Below are positions 24,500-38,259 of a stretch of DNA of 64,000 nt, in pieces (the stretch's first letter is position 1; the number at the start of each line of letters is the position of its first letter). The position numbers and the translations under genes were made by a program. The DNA is taken from assembly GCA_013265495.1 (NCBI GenBank), contig MU058658.1:62001-126000 (forward strand), given 5' to 3'. Origin of the DNA: Vicugna vicugna (taxonomy: Eukaryota). The notes under the pieces are model-generated. The model saw only the letters and a list, made by a program, of their open reading frames with translations, ran no database searches and was not told the origin of the DNA.

Positions 24500-24970
24500 T
24501 TTTTTTTTCTATTGAAGTATAGTTCATTTACAATGTTGTGTTAATTTCTGGTGTACAACACAGTGGTTCATTTATATACACACACGTATATTCCTTTTCA
24601 TATTCTTTTTTCATTATAGTCCATTACAATGTATTGGATATAGTTTCCTGTGCTATACAGTAGAACCTTGTCGTTTGTCTATTTTATATATAGTAGTGTT
24701 CACAAATCCCAAACTCCCAATTTTTTCCTTCCCACCCCCTTTCCCCTCTGGTAACTGTAAGTTTGTTTTCTATGTCTGTGAGCCTGTCTCTGTTTTGTAA
24801 ATAAGTTCATTTGTATCCCTTTTTTTTAAGATTCCATATATGAGTGATATAATACGGTATTTTTCTTTCTCTGTCTGGCTAACTTCACTTAGTATGATCA
24901 TTCATCTCCTGGTCCACTCATGTTGCAGCAAATGGCATTATTTCATTCTTTTTTATGGCTGAGTACTATT

Positions 24971-25026
<56 letters not shown>

Positions 25027-25445
25027 GTAGTTTGTATCTGCATATCTTGCACTCTCTATTTCTCCCTTCCAGATCGGACCTCTGGTAACCATAAGTTTGT
25101 TTTCTGTGTCTGTGAGTCTCTTTCTGTTTTGTAAATATAAATAAGTTCATTTGTATCATATTTTAGATTCCACATGTAAGTGATATCGTGTAATATTTGT
25201 CTTTCTCTGTCTGACTTACTTCACTCAATACAATAATCTCTAGGTCCATTCATGTTGCTGCAAATGGTATTATTTCATTCTTCTTTATGGCTGAGTAGTA
25301 TTCCATTATATAAATATACCGCAGCTTCTTTATCCAATCATCTGTTGATGGACATTTAGGTTGCATCCATGTCTTGGCTATTGTATATAATGCTGCTGTG
25401 AACATTGGGGTTCAGGTATCTTTTTGAATTAGAGTTTTCTCTGGC
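24500..25445 (-). mobile_element. Two stacked L1 3' fragments separated by (TG)n
   Basis: The 3'UTR segment GGTAAC..AAGTTTGTTTTC..ATGGCTGAGTA occurs twice (~24750-24970, ~25085-25300). Confidence 0.82.
24974..25025. repeat. (TG)n microsatellite
   Basis: About 26 perfect TG units. Confidence 0.95.
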
Positions 25446-26829
25446 AGCTGGCTCCAAAGCTCAGGGGTTAGAACACTGGTCTTGTAAAGTTTTCTCTGGA
25501 GATAGGTAATCATTTATCTTAAAATAAACAAGTGGAAGAGGGAGGATGTATCTTTCCAGAAATCGAAAATATTCCAAATTGTGAAATATGTACAAGGCCA
25601 GCCCACTTTCTTCCTCACATGGCCTAGGTAACCTCATGGGCGTGTGAGCTGGGACCTTTGCCATGGGCTTGAGAAGCTCTGAGAGCCTGGGTTGAGCTTC
25701 TCATCCTGGTGAGCGATGCCCTCCCACCCCCAGGTGTCTCCTCTCAGCTCACTTCTCCCCTCCCTCGGTTCCAGAATCAGACAAAGAGGTCTATTCCTGC
25801 CTGGACACTAATGCCAGCCTTGCCCACCTCACCCAACCCACCTTCCTAAAGGGCTTACCCTGCCCACAAAGAGCACCCTCTGTCCTCCTCTCCATGTCCT
25901 GGGTCACTCTTCCTTTCAGAAAGCTTTCCTTCCTCCAAACAATACATTGACACTTCCATACATTTACAAATATTTATCCATGAAGCACCTACTATGTGCA
26001 GACCCTGTGATGGGTGGGGGAGGGAGGAGTGCAGGAGGAAACCAAGAAGGACAGTCTCCTTTCTCACAGACTGGAATTCACTCTGTAACAAGGTTGGGGG
26101 CAGATAGTAAAAGAGAAACAAGGGGTGGGGGACGTGGGAGACGTTGGTGGAAGGGTAGAAATTTCAGTCGTTCAGGATGAGTGTGTTCTCGAGAGCTAAT
26201 GTACAACGTGGTGCCTGTAGTTAATGCTGCTACACAAGTGTACACTTTGTGTACTTGACTTTTGCTAAGATCCTCAATGTTCTCACCACAGACGTGCACG
26301 AAGTTGTAACTGTGAGGCAATGGATGTGCTAACTTGATCGTACTAATTGCTTCACGATGTATACATATGTCAAAGCATCACGTTATATAATTACAACTCA
26401 GTAAAGCTGGAAAAAAGACATGAAGAAGGTAACTTCAGGTCCTAGCGTGCCATGCATAAAATAAAGCAGGGTAATGAGTGGAAAGTGAGAGTAGGGAGCA
26501 AGGAGGGAGTTCTTTTGCCTTCACTGGTCTGGAGGGCAGCCCAGGACGCTGCATTTTTAATTGTGCATCTCCCCCCATCCCGGTTCTGAAGCAGGTAAAG
26601 TCTGAAACACACTTTTTTAAAGCCCTGGCTACACTGTGACTGCACGGTGCCAAGCGATGCACAAGCAGCATGTATTACAACCCTCACCACAGTCCAGGGA
26701 CCCAGAAAAAACACATACTTCCCCACTTTTAGAAGAGAAAACTGAGTCTCAGAAAGAGGAAGTCACTTTCCCATGATCGCATACGTTTACTCAATCCCTC
26801 CACAAATATTTATTGAGAACCAATTACTC

Positions 26830-27230
26830 TGGCAGGCCGGGGCTGTGACCACACCGTCTGGAAAGTTCCATCCGCTGAGCGCCTCCCGGCCTCCCCGCTC
26901 CGCCTCTCCGGCTGCAGTTTCCATGGTAACCGAGCTGCCCGCATCTCTGAGACCCGCGAGCGCGCTTGAGGGCCAGGGCAGAGCAATGGAAAGCAGAGCT
27001 GTCGAGCTGGGGAAGGGCGCGGTCCGGCGGAGGGCGCAGGCTTCTGAATCCCTATTTGGGATCTGGGGACACCTGTTGGTAACAGCACAGTTTAAAATGG
27101 GCACAGTTTAAAAAGTGTCTTTGCAGAAGTTGTTGCGGGAGGGGGAACCCGGCTGCGCGTGTCTCTGCAGACACGCGTGAAAGTCACAGGTGTCCGTTCC
27201 GCAGCAGCCTCCGGCGCCAGTGGTGGAAAC
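26830..27230. promoter_or_regulatory. CpG-rich patch containing kappaB-like + RFX X-box module 2
   Basis: GGAAAGTTCC 26860-26869; GTTTCCATGGTAAC 26917-26930. Confidence 0.7.
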
Positions 27231-27724
27231 AGCCTCTGTCCTCGCCAGTTATTAGTTATTTGACCGATTTATTCATTCAGCAGCTGTTTATAGATTACTG
27301 TTTGCCAGACACTGTTCTAGGTGGTGGAAATCTAAAACAGACATAGCCTTTGTTCTTATGGGAGTTGGCATCCTACTTGAAAATATAGTAATAGACATTG
27401 ATGTATGTAAATACAAGCACATACGTATTTATATATACATGATATAAGCAAACATATAATATATAAGTATATATACACATATAGACACATATGTCTCTGA
27501 TATAGTACTACAGTCTCTGGAAAGTAAAATACTGGGCTAAGGCACAGACAGTGACAGGTCAGAAACTATCGGGGAGTTTGCCAGGAAAGGTAGACCACCT
27601 CTCTCTGTTGACAGGTTGGTAGATTCTGTACCTGCATGTCCCCCCAAAACTCAAATCTGAACTGTTCTCCTGGGACAATGTTGGACCCCAACCCTCCTAA
27701 TACAAATCATTCCTAGTTTCTCCA

Positions 27725-28483
27725 AACCCTCCTACACTGTTGGTGGGAATGGAAACTGGGGCATTCACCATGGAAAACAGTATGCAGGTTCCTTAAAAAA
27801 CTAAAAATAGACTTACTGTATGACCCAGCAATCCCATTCCTGGGCATATATCCAGAGAAAAGATACATGCACCCCTGTGTTCATAGCAGCACTATTTACA
27901 ATAGCCAAGACATGGAAGCAGCCTAAATGTCCATCTACAGATGACTGGATAAAGAAGATATGATATGATATATATATCTATATCTATCTGTCTATCTACC
28001 TACCTATATGTATATTTATATATATTTGATGGGATACTACTCAGCCACAAAAAAGAACAAAGTAATACCACTTACAGCAACATGGATGGACCCAGAGATT
28101 AACATACTAAGTGAAGTAAGTTTGACAGAGTAGGACAAATATCGTATGATATCACTTACATGTGGAATCTAGAAAAATGATACAAATGAACTTATTTACA
28201 AAACAGAAACAGACTTACAGACATGGAAAACAGTCCTATGGTTACCAAAGGTGAAGGAGGGGATAAATTAGGAGTTTGGGATTAACAGATACACACTACA
28301 ATATATAAAATAGATAAACAATAAGATCCTACTGTAGCACAGGGAACTATATTCAATCTCTTGTAATAGCCTATAATAGAAAAGAATCTGAATATATACA
28401 TATATATATATATATGTATGAGTCACTTAGCTGTTCATCTGAAACTAACACAACATTGTAAATCAACTATACTTCAATAAAAA
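27725..28483 (+). mobile_element. 5'-truncated L1 with 17-bp TSD
   Basis: TSD CATTCCTA(G/A)TTTCTCCA at 27708-27724 and 28484-28500. Confidence 0.9.
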
Positions 28484-28914
28484 CATTCCTAATTTCTCCA
28501 GTACCCGACGTTAACAGATCAGATGAGATCCAGGTTTAGCTGAAGAGAAAACAGTACCCATAAAAGATGGAAGAAAAGAGGCTTCTTGTGTGAGAGGTTG
28601 ACACTCCCTAGTTGATCAGTGACAGAGAATTTTCCTCTGTGGCTTTGTGACTTTCAAGAATCTGCACCCTTCCCAAATATCTACTTGATATTTCAAGGTG
28701 TCATTAAAAATGTGCACACAGGGGTCTAGATTTATTCATGTAATACAGGATAAACAAGACAGACAAGGCCTATACTTTCATTGAGTGTCCACGGTCACGC
28801 AGGGACACAGAAAGCAAATGAGTAAGAAGCAAATTGACGAGATTACCTCAGACTCTGAAACTGTGCAAAAGAAATATGATGCGAGTCACAAATGCATACC
28901 ACAGGAGCCATTTC

Positions 28915-29075
28915 ATTTGTTTTGGGCTTTTGTTTTATTTGTTTGGGGGGGGGTAAGTAGGTTTATTCATTGATTCATTCATTCATTTATTTTTAATTTA
29001 ATGGCGGTACTGGGGATAGAACCCACGACCTCGTGCATGCTAAGCATGCACTCTACCACCAAGCTACACCCCAGC
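28915..29075 (-). mobile_element. tRNA-derived SINE
   Basis: GGTACTGGGGATAGAACCC..CTCTACCACC. Confidence 0.82.
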
Positions 29076-29749
29076 CCTCAGAGATGTCATTTAAAATTTC
29101 CCTGTAGTCATACTTAAAAAGACATAGGTGAAAGTCATCTTAACAGTAGGTTTTATCAAACCCTACATATGCAAAATATTACCATTTGAACCAATGACAC
29201 CAATGTAAGAAAAAATGATCAGTGAAGTGTTTTACTTAGTTTCTTTGTAGGTTTTTGAAATCCCGCGTGTAGTTCACAATTACAGTGGATCTCTGCTGGG
29301 GCACTGAAATAGCCACAAGTGTCTTGCAGCGACCAGACCGGAAAGCAGAGCTCTAAAAACTGCTGTGAAGAAAACCGTCAGGGTAAGGGGAACAGAATGA
29401 CGATTGGGAAGGCTGGGTGAATACTTGGACAAGGTATTTTGCTCCAGGAAGTCTAGAAAGCAGCCTGGGAATTTGCCTGTTGACAAGCCTCCGCCTGCCC
29501 AGCTGATCCCCGAGGCACACCTAGGTGGTAAGGCCTGGGCGGAACCAGGTAACTAACCCTCCCCACAGCTCTGTCGGCTGGGAGTGATGGTTACAACCCT
29601 TTGTGGAAAGCAAAGTGAGGCGTCAGAGAGGTGAGACCGAAGACCCTTATATTTTCACTCGCTTGCAAATAACAAATACAGGCATTTATTGACCAGCTGC
29701 TTTGTGCCTCGGCTGAGATTTTGCACCCACAAATCTCGTGTGATTTGAG

Positions 29750-29860
29750 GCCCTGGAAAATTCCAGTCTCCCAGCCTCCCTCCTGTTGCACCTTCCTCAC
29801 CCCTTTCTGTCTCCGACTCCAGCTGTAGTTTCCATGGCAACAGTTTCCATCGCTAACGTC
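29750..29860. promoter_or_regulatory. kappaB-like + RFX X-box module 3
   Basis: GGAAAATTCC 29755-29764; GTTTCCATGGCAAC 29828-29841; second X-box-like GTTTCCATCGCTAAC 29843-29857. Confidence 0.7.
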
Positions 29861-31504
29861 AGTGGAGTACCCTTGAGGGAACCGAGGGATAGTCGACAAA
29901 AGAATAGACCAGACTGGGGACCGTGTGCCTGGGGGAGGGTGAAGCCCTGCAGCCCCTCCCCCATCCACAGTACTGGCCACGCAAGCCTTCAGGGCTCATT
30001 AAAAGGTCTCCGTGAATGGGGTTTTTGCAGAAGGACGAAAATAAAAGTGGCCATGCAAGAAGCCTCTAACTTAGGGAAACCGCAGGCTCACCGTCAGGCG
30101 GCTGCCGCAGGGCTGGTGACGTGCCCACTGTCTGTTCTCACTATTCAGCCACATCCCGTTCTTCCTCGGACACAAGATTGAGTGCCTGGGACACTGGGCC
30201 CTCGAACATAATTGTGAATACCATTTTGAAACACCCTTTACTATAAGGAATGCAGACAGGATTCAAAACTTCAAGGGTCTTTCTCCCCAGCAAACACAAG
30301 GGTGAGGGTTCCCACTTAGCCTTATTTCAAAAAATTTGGGCACCTGTGTTCTGGTGCCCGTTAGCACCCAACCACCCGACGAAGCTAACAATAATTTGAA
30401 TGAAACCGAAGAATTAACCATGACTCATGACCCAAATTACATTACTTTCAAGATTAGTGGCGGGGAAGGAGGGCGAGCAAAGGGAGACTGTCTCAGTGCG
30501 TTCAGAAATTGATTGCTGTTGATTTTGAGACAACACAATTACTAATCACAATTCGGAATCTCAGGACAGGTGCTTCCAAATGGGACTTTTGATGGCTGGG
30601 TAAATTCTCAGTAACTTGGTGCCTCAGGAAGGGAAGCAGATGGTGCCGGGGACAAAGGGTTGAACACCTGCTTGAGCAAATGTTTGCTTGTCTTTTTTTC
30701 CCCCCATGAAACTGTGTAAACTGTCAAGTGTTTTCTTCTAATGACTATGGGCCTTTTCACAGATTGTTTTTCTCAAAATCATGGCCATTCTGGCCCTAAA
30801 ATATGGTCCTAAGTAGATGGCAGTTTAGAGAGGAGAGTTGGTGTGGAGGTTTGTGTGCAAAATAAACTCAAAAAGCGTTTCTCCTTGGGCAGAATTTATG
30901 TCCCAGTCCTCAGCAGAAGGGACAAAGAATGAAGAGTTCAGAGATCATGACGAACACCCATGCAGGTCGTTATTTTGAGATTCCCCAGCGTGTGGGCAAG
31001 TCATGAACCAGGCAGGGACACTGAGCCACACTCGCCTCTCCTGCTGGCGTCCCTCTGCTTGGTCGTACGAAAACCTGAGTTTTTACCAACTCTACCTTTT
31101 AGTGTGTCACAGCTCAAAATAAACTCAACATTCTTCAAGAGGAGACTGGCTAAATAAATTCTGATGAATGCATTCGACAGAGTTCTATGCAGCTGTGCAA
31201 AATTCTAAGGAAGTTCTTTAGGGACCGAAAAAGCAAAATATACAGGGAAGTGAAAGCAAGGTGCAGAACAGTACGAAGGGGGGAAAGGAACATATACATA
31301 CACATACAATTTAGTAATGTAATAATATATGACATTATCTAAAAATTATTAAATACATAATACACAAAAGCTATACCTGTATATGGGTAGACTAGTTGTC
31401 ACAACATGAGAGGGGCACTGGGTGACTGGCAGGCAGGGGTGAGGTCTTAAGTCAATGCTATAGACTGATGAGTCTCCCCGAAATTCATATGTTAAGACTT
31501 AATC

Positions 31505-31675
31505 AGGGGAGCGTACAACTCAGTGACTGAGTGCATGCTTAGCATGCACGAGGTCCTGGGTTCAATCCCCAGCACCTCCATTAAAGAAATAAATTGAATT
31601 TTTAAAAAACCTAATTACTGTAGCTCCCCCAAAACAAAAGACTGATTAAAAAATAAATAAATAAAAATTAAAAAA
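31505..31675 (+). mobile_element. tRNA-derived SINE inserted in an MLT1 LTR
   Basis: A/B boxes, A tail, TSD AGACTTAA; MLT1 sequence on both sides. Confidence 0.82.
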
Positions 31676-32757
31676 CAGACTTAACCCCCTATGTGATGGT
31701 ATTAGGAGGCGGGGGCCTTTGGAGGTGATTAGTTCATGACAGTGGGGTACTCTGTTTTTTTTAATTGGCATATAGTTGATTTACAATGTAGTGTTAGTTT
31801 CTGGTGCACAGCCAAGTGATTCAGTTTTTTATATATATATGTGTGTGTATATATATACACACACACACACAATACATACGTGTATTCTTTTTCAGATTCT
31901 TTTTCGTTATAGGTTATTACGAGGTACTGGATCTAGTTCCCGGCGCTCTGCAGTAAGACCTTGTTGTTCATCTGTTTCACATACAATCGTGAGTACGGGC
32001 TTGGTGCCCTTATGAAGCAGGCCCCCGGGAGCTCGCTCGCCGGTCGCAGTGAAGCAGGCAGCGTCCTCCCCAGACACGCACTGTGCCTTCCCCTCTCCCA
32101 CACTTACTGATTCAGGGTTATCTGTGGGTTCTAACTTCAGTGGATGGGTGAGGATGTGTTGCCCCCAGAATGCAATTTTCCCCGGAACTGTTCCAGCTCT
32201 GAACGTGAGAACCCCTTCAAGCTGGTGTCTGTGTCGTTCTGACTTCCTTTTCCCCCTTTTCAGTCATTCTTTACGTGCAGGCCTGAGATATTCCAGGTGC
32301 ATGGTGTGTTTTTCTTGCCCAGCTCTGCAATCAGCCATTTCTCCAAGGAGCCCAGGTCTCTTGAGTGGAGAATGGTATTTGGAAACCAGGGTCTCCTCTT
32401 TCATACGTCATGTCTGGGAAAGTAGGTTTTATCCTAAAGGCAGCAGAGTTTTGACTAGAGGAGGGAGACAGTCATACTTGCATGTTAGAAAGGCCACGTC
32501 AGCTGTGAGTGTGGCAAATAGATTGGTGAACACAGAGTTCCCAAAAATACAGCCCTTTTTGTACCATCTTGATGATTTTTGCTGTATTAGTAATTTTTTT
32601 TTTGCTGTATTATGAGATACTTAATACCTTCCTTTCCTTTTAAATTGCTGTCTGTTATACCTGGAAGATAAATTCTCTTTGAAAGGAACTTTGAATCACT
32701 ACTGTGAATGGAAACACCATTTTCTCTTACCATGGAAAATAAAAACAGGCATACGAG

Positions 32758-32758
<1 letters not shown>

Positions 32759-32801
<43 letters not shown>
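32759..32801. repeat. (AC)n microsatellite
   Basis: About 21 perfect AC units. Confidence 0.95.
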
Positions 32802-32803
<2 letters not shown>

Positions 32804-35800
32804 GTTGTTTACCATCCGTCAGACCCCACTGCCGGCCAAAGCTCTGGGCCTAGGATCTGCTTTTGTTTGTTTGTTCACAGGAGATACTGATGATCAGCAT
32901 GATCAAAGACGTTCAGAACAAACTAAGACGTTGTCCTTCATGGGATGTGAAGGCCCCAGAGATACTGAAAAGGTAATTTTTTTTTTGCTTCTTTTGATTC
33001 AAACATTATTTAATGCCATCTGTCTATCATCTTATTTAATCTCTTGAGAACACTGAGGGTGGGGGGGCATGTCACACGCCGGGCAAACATCGGGCAGGGG
33101 ACTGAAAAGCGGTGAGGGGAGGAGTCACAAATCCGGTGTGTATTTCCGTCCAGTGTGGAGAGAAGGCAAGCGGGCATTTGGGAGCGAGCTGCAGACGAGG
33201 GTTCTGGGGGCAGAGTCAGCAGGACCTGGGATGGGGTTTAGGGAAAAGGGCTGAGTCAGGAGGGCTTGGGGCTCGAGTACTTTGTGGGTGGCAGGGACCC
33301 CTAGAGGTAGGCCAGACGGGGGAGCTGGAGGGGGCTCCTGGGAGTTAGTCATTGTCATCCAAGTGGGTATAATTATGGGATGGACCAGGGTGCAGGCACA
33401 GGGCTTGGAGAACAGACTGGACAGCTTTTTTTTCAGTAGAGGGAGATAGTATGGGGTAGATCCAGGTAGATAAAGGGAGGAAAGATTAGAAATCCACTTC
33501 TGAACCCAAGGATCTACATATAAATGATTGGAATTGGCCAGACAAGTTGGCAAGATGGAGGGACAAAGGGGCAGATGTGACATCTGCAAAGTGTTTAGGG
33601 CAAGCCTTGTCATCGCGTTCCCAGTCGCACACGGGACGTCTCTGGTACTTCATGGCGGTTTCTACGTCGGCTGTGGTTTGTTGCTAGTTTCCTAAACTGG
33701 CTCAGTAATGGATGGTGACTTTACCAAACTCTTTTTTTTTTTTTTCATTCCTGATGAGTCAACTAGATCATGACGTGTTACCTCTGCACATCTTGTTGGA
33801 GAGAGCTGGGAGCATTTTGTTTAGGACTTTTATACGCCTATTTATGATGAGATAAGCCTGCCATTTTCCACTCTAGTAAAGCCCCCGATAGATCAAAAAT
33901 AAAAAAAGAAATCTGCTTCTGAGCAAGCATGCATGATCAGGATTAAGAAGCCATTTAGAATTTTCACACGAGGTCCAGTGACTGATGGGCCCTCAGCTTC
34001 CCAGAATTCCATGCAATTTCCGTTGTGCTAAATGCCAGGACGGATTCCAGGCAGAATATACATCTGTAGCCTAAGGAATTGAACAAGATTGTGGAAGTGC
34101 CCGCTCCCACACCTAAGGAGTGGTAACTGTTCTTGCAAATTATCATCCCTAGACTATCCTGTTAGCCTGCTTTTCCCCTAAGGAGTCAGGAGGGAGGGGC
34201 TGACCAATCCTGCAGTCTCATTAGTTTGCTTTTAAGTCTTTCAATGGATTGGATAAAGTCCATCAACAATATGGCAGGTAGCTGGCTTTAAGTCAACTGA
34301 TTTAAATGTTAATCACAGCTGCAATGTAAAATATCTTTGATAATATATTACATAGAAATGTATCATCTATAACATATTACATAGAACTATGTATCTATAA
34401 CATATTCTATTGTTATAACATAAATTATTATAATACAAATTTATCTTTCCTATCGGTTCTGTCTTGGGAGCCCAGACTAATCCACAGGCCTACGTTGATG
34501 GTGATCTGATCTAGAGAAAGAAATATGTACACAGTATTTTTTTTTCATTTTTCATTTTCATTGGGTAGAATTGTTACAATTTGACTGCACATATGAAATA
34601 TATTGCATGTAAATACATATACAGAATATACTGCACATATGTTTTAATTTACATATTTAGAGCTTCAGCTTTTTAAACTTACATAGTTACCAAAGGAATA
34701 AAGCCAACCACAAAGTAAGAATTAATTCAAAAAGATACATACACCCTGCTATTAACAGCAACATTGTTTATAACTGCCAAGATATGGAAGCATCCTAAGT
34801 GCACATCAACAGATGAATGGATAAAGAAGATGCAGTACATATGTATGTAATGGAACACAGCTCACCCGTAAGAAAGAAGGATATTTTGCCATTTGTGGCC
34901 CTTCGTTCACTTCTTTTTTCTTTTCACTTCAAAAACCAGAATTTTATAACTGGCATAAACAATTCCATTGCATGAAAACAACAAACTACCTAGAAGTAAA
35001 TTTAACCAAGGAGGATACCTATACTCTGAAAACTGTAAAACACTGATGAAGGAAACTGAAGCGTACACACTATTTTTGAGAAGTGCATCGAACAGGGAAA
35101 AGATGAAGTTGATTCAGGGGGATGTGCAGATGGACTGGATGCAGGGGTTCCAGAGAAAGAGATGAATAAGGAATTACTTCTGGGCTTTCATCTTAAACAA
35201 CCTGCTCGATCATGAGAGCACTTACTGATACAGGCCAGCCCGAGAGGGAGAGATGAATGTGGCTACGGTAATTACCCGAGGAGTACGTGTAGGCGGTGTG
35301 CACAGGCTGGGGGCAGCGGAAATGGAGAAAGAATTGGAGGGATATAATGAGAGACAGCGTGAAGAGCGTACAAGCACCGAGCGCTCGTGCTCAGGGAGAG
35401 AAGGCAGTGAGGATGCTTACCGCCCCCTCGGTGGCCAGATAGCTCGCACGTCATCGACGGAATTTTCCACTGAGCTACAGGCCAGGCCACATTCCAAGAA
35501 CTGTATACATCTCCCCTGTAATTAAGGATGGGGAAGGCTTCTCCTAGACACAAAATAATGTGGACCGTATTTCGGAGACATCTGTTTAAAATCACAGTTG
35601 TCTGAATACCCACCTGTTTAGCAAATTATCCCTGGATTCAATCCACCAGTTTTCATCCAAATTCGGGGAACTGACAACACTGACTTTTATAATCTGCAGG
35701 CTTTTGTTTATTTAGGAGTGTTAAGCATGGTGTCTGGCACACAATAAGTCCCCATGGAATGCTTCTGGAATCAATTTCCCTAGTGTAGTCAAAAGGAAGG

Positions 35801-36311
35801 AAGCATCTCGTGTTACCCGATTTGTACCCTCTTTTTGAAAATGTAGAGATCTAGTTTGCACTTACCGAAGTACATGTCTGCATGCGTATATGTAGAGGCA
35901 TATCCAAAAAGAAGTTGATAAATTCGGGTAAATGTTAACCTTCGTTGTTTGGATTCTGTGCACTGGATGGGATGCTAAAAGCTTCTTTAGGGTCCCTGAA
36001 TAGGCAGGAGCTTCTAAACTCCATTTTACGGATGAGGGAACTGAGGCTTGGAGAGACTAACTCACGTAGCAGCGAACACCCTTAAACACTTTGCTCAAAC
36101 AGCTAACACCCCCCTTAGCTGTGTCTCCACCTCCTGACACTGGTCTTTAGTCACATCACCCCTCGGGGAGGGGGTCTCATTTGCAGGCTCCTGACTTGAA
36201 TCACAAACATACTGGTGGCTCCAACATGCATACTCGGGTTAGAGCACTCAGAATAGAGTTAAAATACAGGACACCCAATCAAAGATGAATTTCAGATTAA
36301 ACAGCCAATAA

Positions 36312-36450
36312 TTTTTTTCTTAGTTTTTTTTTTTGTGGGGGAGGAGGTTTATTTATTTACTTACTTTTTTAAGAGGAGGGGCTGGGGATTGAACCCAGGA
36401 CCTTGTGCATGCTAAGCATGTGCTCTACCACTGAGCTCTACCCTCCCCTC
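36312..36450 (-). mobile_element. tRNA-derived SINE
   Basis: TSD AAACAGCCAA. Confidence 0.85.
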
Positions 36451-37038
36451 AAACAGCCAAAAGTTTTTAATAAACTTTGAATTTTAAGATAGATTTGGCT
36501 CTGGGGGAAAATAAATCTGCAAAGACAGCAGAGAGAGTTCCCATGGAGTCCGTGCCTGGTTTCCCCTATTATGAGCATCTTACGTTAATATGACTTGTCA
36601 CAATTAATGAACTAATAATCATACGTTAGTATCGGCTCAAAGTCCCTGCTTTATTCAGATTCTCCTTGTTTTTACCTAGTGTCTCTCTTCTGTTCCAGGA
36701 CCCCACGTGCCATTTAGTCGTCAGGTCTCCTGAGCCCCTCTTGGCTGTGACCGTTTCTCAGACGTTCTTTGTTGTTGAAGACCTTGACAGTGTTAAGGAC
36801 TAGTCAGGCATTTTGCAGCGGATCCCTCCGCTGGGACTGTCTGATGTATTTCTCATGATTCCAACCAGGGTTACGGGGTTTGGAGGAAGGTGACCACGGG
36901 GGGAAAGTGCCACGGTTATCCCACTGTATCAAGAGGACACACCGCTGAGGGTAACCAGGGGCACCTGGGAGAGGCAGTGTGGGCGAGTTTCTCTGCTGTG
37001 AGGTTCTCCTCTCCTTGTCTCTTCCCACATTGTACTCT

Positions 37039-37182
37039 TTGGGGGGAAGGGGGTTCATGAGGCTTATTTGTTTATTTATTTATTTTTTAAAAAACCTTTT
37101 TTAATGAAGATACTGGGGATTGAACCCAGGACCTCGTGCCTGCTCAGCACGCACTCCACCACTGAGCTCTACCCACCCCCCC
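37039..37182 (-). mobile_element. tRNA-derived SINE
   Basis: TSD ATTGTACTCT. Confidence 0.85.
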
Positions 37183-37439
37183 TAAATTGTACTCTGGGAA
37201 GATGTCACCAGGCACAGCCTGCTCTTAAAAAGTAGAGTTATGCCCCGCCGCCTTGGGGGTGGAGTATCTACATAAATTACTAGGAATTTTTCTGTACAGG
37301 AAATTTTTCTCCTTAACAAAAATTTTTTTTCCAGTGTATGTCTCATGCAACATGTGAGACATACTTATGCTTAAAACCTGCATATTTTTTTAATCTGAAA
37401 TTCAAATTTAACTAGATACCCCCTTTTTTTTTTTTCTGA

Positions 37440-38200
37440 AAACCCAACCCCAGACCCATATATCTATCTGCAGTTTTGACATCTCTACTTGGGTGTCTAA
37501 CAGGCACCTCAAAATAACAAATCCAAATCTAAGCCACTGAAATCCACCTCCCCCACCCAACCAGCAGTTGCTGCACTGCTGCTCAAGGCCTAGAACCTGG
37601 GAGCCGTCTTTGATTCCTTCTCCCACATCTGATAACCAGTCCATTGGGAAGTCAGGTCCAATCCTCACCCGAAAATACATCTAAAAAATCAGCAACTCCT
37701 CACCAAGCCCAGTGTCCCTGCCCTGGTCCGTGCCACCAACAGCTCTTGCCTGAGTGGCTGCAGGAACCCACCACCCCCTCAAACCTACTTTCCCAACCTC
37801 CATCCTGGCCCCCTGAGTCTATCTCCAACATGGCAAAATCGGCTAGTTACCCTGAATGTGAGTTAGAGGCTGTCCTTCCTGTTTAAGGTCCTCCTGTGCT
37901 TCCATCTTGCTCAGAGCAAAAGCCAAAGGTGCTGGCTGACACCTTACAGGCTTCTTCGCTCTCTGTCCGCAGTTCTGCTCCCTTGACGCTGACCTCTCTC
38001 CTCTCCCTTCAGGCCACTCCGGCCACACCGACCTCCAGCAGGCCGGCCGTGGCCCCCCTGTACTGCTGCTGCTCCTCTACCAGGAACACAGTCTGGCTGG
38101 CTTCTCTGTGTCTCCAAGGCCCCCTCCCCTACGCAGAGACGCCGTTCCTGGATACCTGAAATTTCTCCCCTCTGCATTTTGGTTTTTTTCCCCCCGTTTT
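37440..38200. mobile_element. L2 fragment
   Basis: GACATCTCTACTTGGGTGTCTAACAGGCACCTCAAA..AACCTGGGAGCCGTCTTTGATTCC. Confidence 0.65.
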
Positions 38201-38259
38201 GTATTAATTTCTCCTGAGGAGGCGAAGAGCAAGCCCTGACATGCGGGAGCTTGGTGTTC

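Noticed and set aside
35455..35470. Reverse GGAATTTTCC as a fourth kappaB-RFX module
   Set aside because: No X-box at the expected 55-75 bp offset.
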